A stretch of DNA of 63,996 nt, counting the filler, from Chrysochromulina tobinii (taxonomy: Eukaryota): the NCBI GenBank assembly GCA_001275005.1. It is 6 parts of 6 records of this genome, joined end to end, with 100 filler letters (N's around TTAATTAATTAA, not from the genome) between each part and the next. Parts side by side here need not be neighbours in the genome. Positions count along the whole stretch, not along the records: positions 51,715 to 62,195 come from JWZX01001220.1; positions 62,296 to 63,996 come from JWZX01001369.1; 4 more parts are not named here. One strand, given 5' to 3'. A program made the position numbers and the translations under genes. The first letter of the stretch is position 1. Every line of letters starts with the position of its first letter. This document shows, piece after piece, positions 54,054 to 63,996 of the stretch. The notes beneath the pieces were generated by a model. That model was not told where the DNA came from. It made no database searches and saw only the letters and a list, made by a program, of their open reading frames with translations.

Positions 54054-55373
54054 ATGCTGTCCCTTTTTGCAGCTTTTGTGAGCACGGAATTGAAGCTCAC
54101 TGCCAGACCAGGACACTCTTCTAGCCTCGCTGTCGTCGCCCAAGTGAACGACTACAAGTCCTTCGAGCTCGAAAAGTGCCCCCTTGCGCGAGCGTCCCAA
54201 TTCTTCGCCACGTGCAATGCACCGTGCAAGGCACATATCGAGCCCGTGTTGTTGACCTACCCAGCCTCCACCGCGACGGGCGTATCGACCATGGAGACCG
54301 TGCAAGCTGTGCTGGCTGCTGCGTGGGCTGCCTACCCCGTCAAGGTGGACCTCTTGCTGCGCACCGGGTGCCATGGCGCTCACGAACTCCAGATTCTGGC
54401 GCAGAGCGTGGAACTGTTTTGGCCGCGCGGCATCGGCAGTGTCGTGGTCGTGCTGGACGATAGCGACCGGCCCATCGCGCACCACATGGTCCTCAACAAC
54501 TCACGTCATGACTGGGTGGTACGCTTCGAGAACGTCTCTTGCATGCCTGGCCGCATCTTCAACCAGATTAGCTATCTGATGGCCGACCATTACTCGACCG
54601 CCGACGTCATCGTCACCATCGACAGCGACTGCGTGCTGCACTCGCCCGTCACGCCCAGGCTGTTGTTTCGGGATGGCAAGATTCGGATGCCCCATTCGGC
54701 CCATTTCCAGCATCGTATGTGGAAGACGAACATCGAGTTCTTTACTGGCCCTGGCACCTACAAGTTTCATACCATGACGTCGCAGCCCGTCACCTTTCAC
54801 CGGTCCACACTGACCGCCTACAGGGAGTGGTACACAGCCGCCCACAATGGGACGTGCTACCTGGACGGCGTGGTCCATATGTTACACAAAGTCGGACCAA
54901 TAACAAAGGGGAAGTATTGCTGGATGTGTCAGCTGGGCACCTTTCTGAACATGACCGGCATCACGGCCGACCTGTATGACCTTGTGAACCTGGACCAACC
55001 TACGCCTCACCCGTACCAGCGCATGGCTGTGCACGTGCCATATGAGCCATGGGGTGGAAGATTGGATGGGTGTGCGGAAAGCAAAAACATGAGCCTGGCG
55101 CACAAACTCGGCTCCTGCACGGACAAAGAGAGCCTCAAACGTATGGCGACCAGCGAGGTCGCAATGCGCCAGGGCATGTGCCTAGCTCTGGGGGCTTCCG
55201 CAGTGCCCGAGTGTGCCAACATGAGCACGAAGTACGTGCGGGAGCGCATGTTCAATTATGCATCCTATGAATATGTGGCGGACGAGAAAGTTAAGAATGC
55301 GACGGTCGACGCGTTTGTGCAAGAGATCAGACAGTTGATGAGGGAGTTGATGCAGAAAGGTCAGCTCCAGTAA
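54054..55373 (+). CDS. Putative GT-A fold glycosyltransferase
   Basis: Hydrophobic N-terminus; SVELFWP...VVVVLD...NQISYLMADHY...VTIDSDC (DxD). Confidence 0.65.
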   Translation: MLSLFAAFVSTELKLTARPGHSSSLAVVAQVNDYKSFELEKCPLARASQFFATCNAPCKAHIEPVLLTYPASTATGVSTMETVQAVLAAAWAAYPVKVDLLLRTGCHGAHELQILAQSVELFWPRGIGSVVVVLDDSDRPIAHHMVLNNSRHDWVVRFENVSCMPGRIFNQISYLMADHYSTADVIVTIDSDCVLHSPVTPRLLFRDGKIRMPHSAHFQHRMWKTNIEFFTGPGTYKFHTMTSQPVTFHRSTLTAYREWYTAAHNGTCYLDGVVHMLHKVGPITKGKYCWMCQLGTFLNMTGITADLYDLVNLDQPTPHPYQRMAVHVPYEPWGGRLDGCAESKNMSLAHKLGSCTDKESLKRMATSEVAMRQGMCLALGASAVPECANMSTKYVRERMFNYASYEYVADEKVKNATVDAFVQEIRQLMRELMQKGQLQ

Positions 55374-56022
55374 GCTCCAGAACGCTCCGGTGGATTCAAA
55401 TGCGGTGCTTGACGAACCCCACCATCCTCGCTCAAAAATCGGCCAAACCCCGCCGGACTTTGTGCTCCAGAACAAAACAAACTCCCGCTGTGCATACTTA
55501 GCATGATACTTAGGGCGGAGAGGGTTACACTATAGCGGCGAATCAAAGTGAGGGTGTGATTTCAAACTCACATACGGGTACTAAACAGTCGCTTTCGGTT
55601 CCGCTATCAAACCTACGGTTTATCAGACTGTGCAGGAATCCGAGTTCTTCGGAGAGGTGGGGCACACACGCCAGCGGGGTGGGGCACACGCCAGCGGGGG
55701 CGTCCGTGCGTACGTGGTGCGGCCAAGCGTCGAGCCACGTTTGTTCTGCGTGACCGTGTGTAGGATCCTTCTATGAGGGCTTGCGGCCGTCTGCCGCGTT
55801 CGCCGAGATTTGGTGCACCTGCAGTGATGCAGACATCTGTGTGGTGTTCCTTGTTCGTTTCGGCTTGCATCTTAGTAGAGGTTGTTTCATCGCCGACGCG
55901 TTCGTTAGATACAAGTCAGTAGCGCTGCGACGCCCTGCATCCCGTGTCAGCGCACGGCAGAGAATCGGAACGCCGAACGCGTCGGACGTATTCGGCACCC
56001 TCCTTTTGCAACGCTTGTATAG

Positions 56023-56532
56023 TCACCGCCCTCGACCCCGGCTGATGATGAGCATCGCGCAGCACAGCCCCGCGACGAACGTCGCCGCGAGCATCCGGGG
56101 CGAGGTGGGACTTCCATGTGCCGCTGCCTCGACCTTCGTCGCTTCCAGCCGGTCAGTGCCCAGGTAAAAGTAGTGTTGCAGCTCACATATCTCCTCGAGT
56201 GGGCTCAACCCTTTTGGCGTGTACTTTGCCATCGTGGCCTGCCAGCGAGCGTTGACTTCCGTCGCGTCCATCCGAGCGCACGCGGTCGTAAAGTCCACGT
56301 CTGTTTCGAAGTATCCGATCGCATAGCCGTCAGGGCGAAAAAAGAGCGAGTAGTTGTGCCAGCCGCAGCTCACAAGAGCCTGCTGCATTTCCGGCCAGAC
56401 CGCCTCGTGGTCCTTCAGGTACTGGGGCAGGTTCGACGTGTCAAACTGAAGCTGGAAGCAAATGCGCCGACGACCGGCTGACGTCAGGCCTCCACCACCT
56501 GTGAAGGTCTGCGGCTCGAAAGGACCGACCAT
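56023..56532 (-). CDS. rhaM: L-rhamnose mutarotase with C-terminal hydrophobic tail
   Basis: YLKDHEAVWPEM...GWHNYSLF...GYFET...VNARWQ..M. Confidence 0.88.
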   Translation of the reverse strand: MVGPFEPQTFTGGGGLTSAGRRRICFQLQFDTSNLPQYLKDHEAVWPEMQQALVSCGWHNYSLFFRPDGYAIGYFETDVDFTTACARMDATEVNARWQATMAKYTPKGLSPLEEICELQHYFYLGTDRLEATKVEAAAHGSPTSPRMLAATFVAGLCCAMLIISRGRGR

Positions 56533-56692
56533 CTTTTCAGAGCCGGCCGCGTCGGCCTCGACCGTCACACCCTGCAAGTAGAAGTACACCACTCTTGCCC
56601 ACCTGTGAAACGAAAAGGATGCGATTCCGCGACCGCATAAAAGAGGCCCCTCTGACCTACTCGGGGGGAACTGCATCGTTTTTCCTTTGCCC

Positions 56693-57528
56693 TCATTTCA
56701 TGTACGTGGTCTCGGCCAACGAGCTGCGTGAGTCCGCATCCATAGGGTGCAGCGCAGCGAATGGCAGCCCTCGGATCACAACGGCGCGCGAGTGGCACGC
56801 AGCTCTGAGCTCGTCGCATGCTGGGCAAGCACCTGCATGTACGGGCTGCCCAGGGTTCACTCGCTCTCGAGAGCCCACAGGCCGGACATAGTGGGGGTAT
56901 GGAGAGTCGACCTCTCCAACGACGAGCCGCTGCAAGCTGGGCAGGGCGCCTCGGCTCAGGACGCTCGTGAGCGCCGCGAGCCCGTCCGACACTTGATGAC
57001 CCCGCAGGCTGAGCTCCTGCAGGCAAGGCGCGCCACCGCTCTCGAGGGCCTCGGCCAGCGCGGCGAACCCCGTGCGCCCAAATGGATTGTACCTGATGAG
57101 GGAGGCAATTAAGAGTCATCAGAGGTCATCAAGAGGCAATCGTGGGCCCAAATGGATTGTACCTGATGAGGGAGGCAATTAAGAGTCATCAGAGGTCATC
57201 AAGAGGCAATCGTGGGCCCGAATGGAGTGTACCTGATGAGGGAGGCAATTAAGAGTCATCAGAGGTCATCAAGAGGCAATCGTGGGTCCGAATGGGTTGT
57301 ACCCCAAGCTGAGCGTCTCGAGGGCGGCGAGGGCGGCGGTGCTCGTGGCCCCGCCGGCCGCGTGTCCTAATTTGGTCATAGACCCGCCGGTCGCGCGCCC
57401 ATGCGAAGGCGCCGCTCGATGGTAAAGGTCAGCTCGATGGCGGCCGAACGTCGATGTGACGAGACGGGTGCTGGTGCTGGTGCTGGTGCTGGTGCTGGTG
57501 CTGGTGCTGGTGCTGGTGCTGCTACTCG

Positions 57529-57561
<33 letters not shown>

Positions 57562-58838
57562 CCGACCAAGTTCGGGATGGCACGTATTCAGCACTGCCGG
57601 TCCGCTGCAGCGCGCGTGCGATGGCGCTCAGGCCGTGATCGCCGAGCGAATTGCTCGAGAGGTTGATCGCCGTTAGCCGATGCAGCGCACCGGACGACAC
57701 AGCGCGAGCCAACCAGAGAAATGCGCCCTCATTCAGGCGGTTGCCGCTCAGGTTGAGCTTTCGAAGATTCTCGAGCGCGCCGCTCGCAAGCAGCCCCGCG
57801 AGGAGAGGCATCTGGGACGAGCCCGGCCGGCAACTCCCGAGAGTGGCGGCATGCCGCTGGATCAGGACGCTATCTGCATGGCCCACGCCATCTGCGTTGC
57901 CCAAGTACAGGTCGGGCAGGCCTCGGGCACCACTCCCTCTGCCTGGGGCGCTCCATCTGTGCTGGTTACCCAAGTTGAAGGCAGATGCCCCCGGTGCAAG
58001 GCGCGTGACGAAGCGCGCGCTGAGCAGCGTCAGTGCAAAGCGTGCCTCGTCGCTCGCGACGCCGGCGAGGACGTCAGGCAGCTGAAGCAAGCCGCCACGC
58101 GCGGCGACAGCACGGAGCGGGGCAAGCTCCAGACCCGCGCACGCGCCTGGCACGCGCGCCACCATCTTCCACTGCACCAGTACAAGCTGGGTGCGCGTCG
58201 CGAGCATAGATGCAAGGCGCGAGGTAGATTGAGAGAAGCCTTCATCAACCCTGCGCAGGTGCTTCTTGAGCTCCTTCACGGCACGCCCGGCGCCGCTGGA
58301 GGCAAGCAGGCTCGGGCTCATCTGCACCCCCTCGAGGGTCCACATCGCTTGGAGCACTGCGGTCTGCACCGACTCACAAAAGGGCAGTGGCGCCTTTCCA
58401 GCCTCGCGGATGCAATGGACGTGTGCAGCCACCATGTCGGCTGCAATGGTCGGAGGTTTGGTGAGAAGGTAGATCTCCGTCAGTCCATGGAGCCTGCATG
58501 CGAGCGCCCCGAGGCGCCGAAGTGCTGTACTCGGCACATTGCCTAACGAGAGCGTGACATGCGCTTGCGCGCACAACCAGCGGCGGACCGTGAGGCTGAT
58601 CGGCCGGCACGTGCAGCAGAGCGCTGCCACCGGCTCGAGCGAGGCGCCAGCGCAATGCTCCACAACGAGGAGCAGCAGAGGGTGCGAACCACTCTCGTCA
58701 ACTACGTTGAGGAGAGGACGCATATGCGGCTTCGCCACAAAGACAGCTTCTCGGTGGCTTCTGTGAACGCGCTGACTCTTTTTCGTGAACTCCCACAACG
58801 CGGACAGAGTCGGGCCGCCACCGCCCTCTCGGCCACCT

Positions 58839-58869
<31 letters not shown>

Positions 58870-58930
58870 CGCTGCCGCCGCCTCCGCTGCAGCTGCCTCG
58901 GCCGCAGAACGAGCAATCTTCACAATCCAT
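56693..58930 (-). CDS. LRR protein with TFIIS N-terminal-like helical domain (2 exons; start uncertain)
   Basis: LEGVQMSPSLLASSGAGRAVKELKK; LNLSGNRL, INLSSNSLGD; intron 57302-57093 joins to GYNPFGRTGFAALAEAL...LQEL. Confidence 0.7.
57093..57302 (-). other. 210-bp intron made of three 70-bp tandem units
   Basis: Each unit = 22-nt copy of the next exon start + 48-nt ATTGCC...CCCTCATCAG module; removal restores the frame. Confidence 0.85.
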
Positions 58931-58936
58931 TTCTCA

Positions 58937-60877
58937 ATGTTTGGCGACAGTGCGCGGACCGCCCTAAAACGAGAACCCCGCATTCGCTCCAACATAGCAC
59001 TCCCCAAACTGTGCTCACGCATCCTCACCGGCGTCTCTCTCGCTCACAGTGTTCAACAAGGCGGCGGCCGCCGCCGCTGCCGCCGCCGAAGAAGCCAGGT
59101 CAGCAGCCGCAGCTGCGCAGGAGAGGGCGACGCGGCAGGCGGAGCAGATGAATGCATCTTCGCTGTTCGCAAACCTCGAGGCGGTCATGGCCGCTACGCC
59201 CGGCCAGCTCGTCGCCGAGGCGCGCGAGAACGAGAGTGTCATCGCCGTCACAAACAACCTGACCAAGGCCTTTGCGACGGAGGCGACCGTCAACCCGTCG
59301 GCGACCTCAGATCCTTTTGGCGGCATCGACCCGTTTGGCAGCCTCGAGGGCAGTGGCGGTGGTGGTGGCGGCGGCGGCTGGGATCCATTTGGCACCGTCC
59401 AAGCGCCGGCTGCGCAGCCGCCGCCACCACCGTCGTCGTCGTCGGAGCTCGCGGCCGCTGTGGCCGCCTACCTGCGTGAGAGCGGCCAGCCGGCGGCCGC
59501 GGACGCGCCGCCAAGCGAGCTGGCCGAACGGCTGCGCGAGCGTTCAGGTGCGCTAGCGCGCAAGCACGGCGTCCTCGAAGCGCACGCGAGCCAGCTCGAG
59601 GAGCACCTGAAGGCCGAGGTGGCTCGCGTGGCGAATCTCCTCGCGGAGATCGATGCCCTCAAGGCGGCGGGCGCAGCGGCAGCGAGCACAGAGGCGCGCA
59701 CGACGCTCGAGCAGCAGGAGGTGCGCCATCGCGATGCACTCGAGACGGCGCGCGCCCACGCCGAGGCGCAGCGGTTGCAGCTGCGCCAGCAGGCTGAGGC
59801 GGCGCTCGAGGCGCAGCGGCTGCAGCTCACGTCGACCCACATCGAGCCGTTGCAGCGCGAGCTGGCCGCACTGGCGCCCAAGCTGGCCAAGCTGCAGGAG
59901 AGTGAGCGTGCGGCGCGGCTGGCGGCAGACGAGGCGCTCGCCACCCTCGCCTCCGAGCGCGATATGATGCGCCTCGAGCGAGAGACGGAAGCGCATCAAG
60001 CCAAGTCGGATGCGAGCGTGCAGCAGCAGATGCAGCAGATGCAGCAGATGCAGCAGCAATTGCAACAGGCCCTTGCGACGGCACAGCAGCAGGCACAGGC
60101 CGCCGTCGCCGCCGCCAAGGCCGCCGAGGACGCCAAGGCAGCTGCGGAGGAGCGTGTGGCCGCTGCGCACGCGGCGGCCGACGCAGCGGCGGCCTTGGCG
60201 GCGGCCAGGGCGGCGGCGGCCGCGGAGCAAGCGGCGGCGCAGACGTCTGCGGCGGAGGTGGCGGCGTCGGAGCTTCGCAGAGCGCTCAGCGCCGCCAAGG
60301 CCGAGCTGAGCGCCACGGCTGAGCAGCGGCAGGCCGAGCGTGCTGATCGTGAGGTGGCGGCGAGCAAAGCGGCGGCGGCCGCAGCGGAGGTGGCGCGGAT
60401 GGAGGCTGTAAGGGCAGCAGAGGCGACATTGGCGGCGGCGCAGGCGGAAGCGGCGCGCGCGTACGCGAGCCTGCGTGCTGAGGTCTCTCGCCTTGAGGGT
60501 GAGCTCTCGACGAGATCGGCCGAGATTGCGCAGCTCGAGGCGGCGGCGGCGGCGGCGGCGGCACGGACGGAGGCTGCATCATCTTCTGAGGCGGCGTGGG
60601 GGTTTGAGGCGGTGACGGAGGCGACGGAGGCGACGGAGGCGCGTCGGGCGACCGAGGCGGCCGAGGCGGCGCGCGCGGCGAGCGAGGCGGCGCGTGTCTC
60701 TCTCGAGGCGTCCGCCCAGCAAGCCCGCTCCAAGCTCGCGACAGCCGAGGCAGCTGCCACCGCTCAGGCCGCGGAGGACGCTGCAAGGGTGCGAGCGGCG
60801 ACGGCAGCGGCGGAAGAGGCCATGAGGCGGGCGAGTGCGGCAGAGGCGGCGGCGGCGGCGGAGGCGGCGCGCCGGGT

Positions 60878-60908
<31 letters not shown>

Positions 60909-62141
60909 GCGCACGCGGCGCGCGAGGCGGCGGCACTGCGGGCGGCAGTGCAAGCTGCCGAAGAGCGAGCCGGCAGCGCCGTCGCACAGGTCGCGACGAG
61001 CGAGCGGGTGGCGGCGGCCGCCGCGGAGGCAGCGGCGGCGCGGCTGGCCGAACTGCAGAGCGCGCTCGCCGAGAGCAAATCACAGCTGAGCGCGTCCGCC
61101 GCGGAGGGCCGAGGTCGTGAAGAGGCGCTCTCCCGAGCGCTCGCCGAGGCGCGAGAGGCGGCGACGGCGGCGATGGAGCGATCCGAGACGCTGAGGACGC
61201 ACGAGCAGCGACAGCGCGAGGATGGCTCATCGGCGGCAAGTGCCGCGCTGGCGGCGGCGAACGAGGCGCGTGCGCAGCTACTGAGCAGCGAGCAGGCGGG
61301 GCGACGGCTCGTGGCCCAACTGGAAGAAGCTCACGAGGCGGCCGAGGCGCAGCGTGCGAGGATGGCCGAGATCGAGGGACGGCTTAAGGAGGCGCTCGAG
61401 CAGCAGCAGGAGCAGCAGGCCACGAGCGGCGCACACATTGCGGAGCTCGAGGCCCAGCTGGCGCAGCTGAGGGCGGCGGCCGAGACGCGCGTCGAGGAGC
61501 TCGCGAGCGCAGGGTGGGGGCGGAAGGCCGAGGTGGAGGAGGTACGTGCACAGGCGGCAGCAGCGGCCGCGCAGGCGACACGCCAGCAGGAGGCTTTGGC
61601 TCGGGAGCGTGCGACGTTACAGACGCAGGCGACGGAGTTGCAGCGCCAGGTGAACGAGCTGACTGCGGATCTGAGGCGGCAGCAGGAGGTGCGGCAGGCC
61701 GACGGCACGAGGCGGGAGGCGGCCGTCGAGGAGGAGGTGCGAAGACTGCGCGAGCTCAATGCGACGCGCGCGGCCGAGCGAGCGGCGGCGGAGAAGGAGG
61801 CGGCGGTGCAAGCGCAGGCGGCACAGGCGGCGATGGCGAGGGAGGAGGCGGCGCGCGCGGAGGCCAAGGCGGCGCGCGCGGAGGCCAAGGAGGCAGCGGC
61901 AACCGCCAAGGAGGCGAGCGCACAGGCGGCCGAGTTGCGAGGGCGCATCAAGGCCGCCACCACTCAGCTGGCGGAGGCGACTCAATCTCGCTCCGACCTC
62001 GAGAAGCAGGCGTCCGACCAGCTAGCGAAGCTGATGATGGAGCTGGCGGACGCGCGTGCGAAGCAAGCGACGTCCGAGGCACGGCTGGGCGACGCACAGC
62101 GAAGCCTCGCGGAGACGGGGGCGGCCGCAGCGCGCGCGACG

Positions 62142-62183
<42 letters not shown>

Positions 62184-62195
62184 GGCGGTGGCGGC
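58937..62195 (+). CDS. Long Ala/Glu-rich coiled-coil protein, 3' truncated
   Basis: Micro-exon ATG 58937 and intron 58950-59049 give MFGDMFNK; more than 1000 codons of heptad-like sequence; DPF motifs near the N-terminus. Confidence 0.8.
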
Positions 62196-62295
62196 NNNNN
62201 NNNNNNNNNNNNNNNNNNNNNNNNNNNNNNNNNNNNNNNTTAATTAATTAANNNNNNNNNNNNNNNNNNNNNNNNNNNNNNNNNNNNNNNNNNNN
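62196..62295. other. Artificial contig linker
   Basis: N-run with TTAATTAATTAA. Confidence 0.99.
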
Positions 62296-62300
62296 ATCGT

Positions 62301-63996
62301 ATGCCACCATCGGCCTCTTCGAGGGACGTGACAAATTCCGACGCCTACATGACGCCAGCTCATCTTGCTTGTGCGTTTGGCAACCCTACGACTGGCACTG
62401 CTTCTGGCGCGCCACCCACTACGACCGATGGGCTCTCCTAGCTAGTCGCATCCTGCACGTTGCCATTCATCAGCGAGTGGGCTGAACGTGCTCTCAGGTC
62501 GCATGTGGAGGTCCTGCTCGGCGAGGCGGGTATCCCTCTGGTGCACCACTCCCCATTCCACCAATTTGCGGCCCTCATTGTCGCCCAGAACCTTCCGCTG
62601 GACAGCTTTTTGCCTACGTTCCTCGCAGAGCGTTACCCGGATTTTACCCAGGACGAGTGGACTACGATCATGGACCGTGCTTCAAGAACCCTTCGCGGCA
62701 TTTTCAACAACGGGACGTCACCCTCCTTTTGTGTATGGGCTCACGGTGGAATTGATGCATCTGAAATGGTTCAACAGGTCCTTGACGGCTACGCATTTGA
62801 CAGAGTTCGAACGCAGCGTCTCATTGGCGGCTCGCTCGGCGATGACGTTCGCCCTGACAGGGGGAGAGACGGGGGAGGCACGGCTTTTGGATTGCCTCGT
62901 CACCCCCCACCACCTTCATCGAATTCATCACTGCTGCATGGCACGTACCCGCCGCCGACCCCCGGACTCACACCCGCTGCTTCACCACTTCCGCCTCCGA
63001 CTCTCGAGCCACTTGCTTCCTCTGCTGATTTCGATGCCCGAGTTGCTGCGGCTGTCGATGCTCGAGTTACTGCGGCTGTCGCTATGGCTCTTCGTGCTCA
63101 TGGTGTCTCACCGCCCCCAACGGGCTCCACTTCTCCTGGCCGTGGTTCCCCTTTCGATGAGCACCCCCCTTCACCCTCGCGTGGGTTCGATTTGAAGGGC
63201 CTGACTTTCGAGGTTGCCGTCCGTGAGTGCCTGGCTGAAAACTTTATGACTCAACCCGTTTGGTATGGTTGCGGTCCCCCACCGGGCCGTGTGGACGGTT
63301 CGACCAACTCGCCCGCCGCATGGTCGACTCATCTGCACCAAGTCTGTGTCCAACTACTGAAGGGCCGTGAATTCAACACGCGCTCCCAGACCTTCTCTAA
63401 CCCCGTCACTAAATTCGAGGCTGACGTCAGACGTGTCCTTACTGATCCGGATTCTTACCGCCTCTGTCGTCCAAGCCTTCACGAGGCCCTCGCCCGGTTG
63501 TTTCTGACCAAGGGCGTGAACGACTCTGCCACAAGGAAGGAAGCTACTCAATATGTCATGCAACAACTCGAATCTACCCTTCCGAAATCTCCACCGAAGG
63601 GGTGCCTGCATTACTCACTGGAGGAGGTCCAACGGTTTCTCTTGCATTCCATGTCGCACCGCGACGACACCGATGACGATGCTGATATGTCTCTCATGCA
63701 ATTTCTCCACATGCTCGACAACTTTTACCTTTCGCAAACAGCCTCAGACCCGTACAACGACTTCTCTTCTATGCACTGGTCGCACTCCGTCACTTGGGTG
63801 GAGTATGTCGTTGATATCAAGCGGTTTGCTGAGCGGCACCGATACTTTCAGCGGTTGAACTCTTCTGGCCATAAGGGTTCCGCCCCGGTCAATATGGACG
63901 CTACTCAAGTGTTCCTGCGCCAAATCGTCCAGACCCTCCAGCGGTGCATGATTGAAGACGGTAATGATTCCGTCGCGGCTGAGCTTTTTACACTTT
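62301..63996 (+). CDS. Long open frame running off the window (absent from the ORF track), possibly retroelement gag/ORF1; one in-frame TAG at 62439
   Basis: Frame is open 62442-63996 (LPFISEWAERALRSHVEV...AAELFTL); T-rich third positions unlike host genes; Pro-rich linker. Confidence 0.55.

Overview
GC-rich eukaryotic DNA with spliceosomal introns, most consistent with a haptophyte alga (inference from composition, GTGCGC/GCGAGT donors and gene content). The window is six assembly pieces joined by artificial 100-nt N/TTAATTAATTAA linkers. Host genes include exportin-4-like, F-box, GH127, CheR-like methyltransferase, DUF1275-PDZ, GLTP, PAN/apple, D-amino-acid dehydrogenase, PPC/DUF296, DEAD-box helicase, glycosyltransferase-like, L-rhamnose mutarotase, LRR and coiled-coil proteins, interspersed with mobile DNA. 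Highlight 1: a complete 13.4-kb Mutator-like (MULE) element (38048-51488; 86-bp perfect TIRs, 10-bp TSD with 1 mismatch). Its 2190-codon transposase ORF carries DEK-C, SAP, two OTU and GNAT-like domains. It continues in frame, past a single TGA-CTAG, into a TET/JBP-like plus a second 2OG-Fe(II) dioxygenase domain, and a divergent SUMO-like gene lacks the C-terminal GG. Together this is a candidate transposon-encoded chromatin/anti-silencing toolkit. Highlight 2: a tyrosine-recombinase (DIRS-class) retrotransposon with split 128-bp direct repeats, divergent gag and pol, and gag joined in frame across TGA-CTG to a DUF4326-like domain. Highlight 3: related introns, two containing copies of the downstream exon start, suggesting a recent intron-gain mechanism. 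All domain calls are by-eye motif recognition, not database searches.
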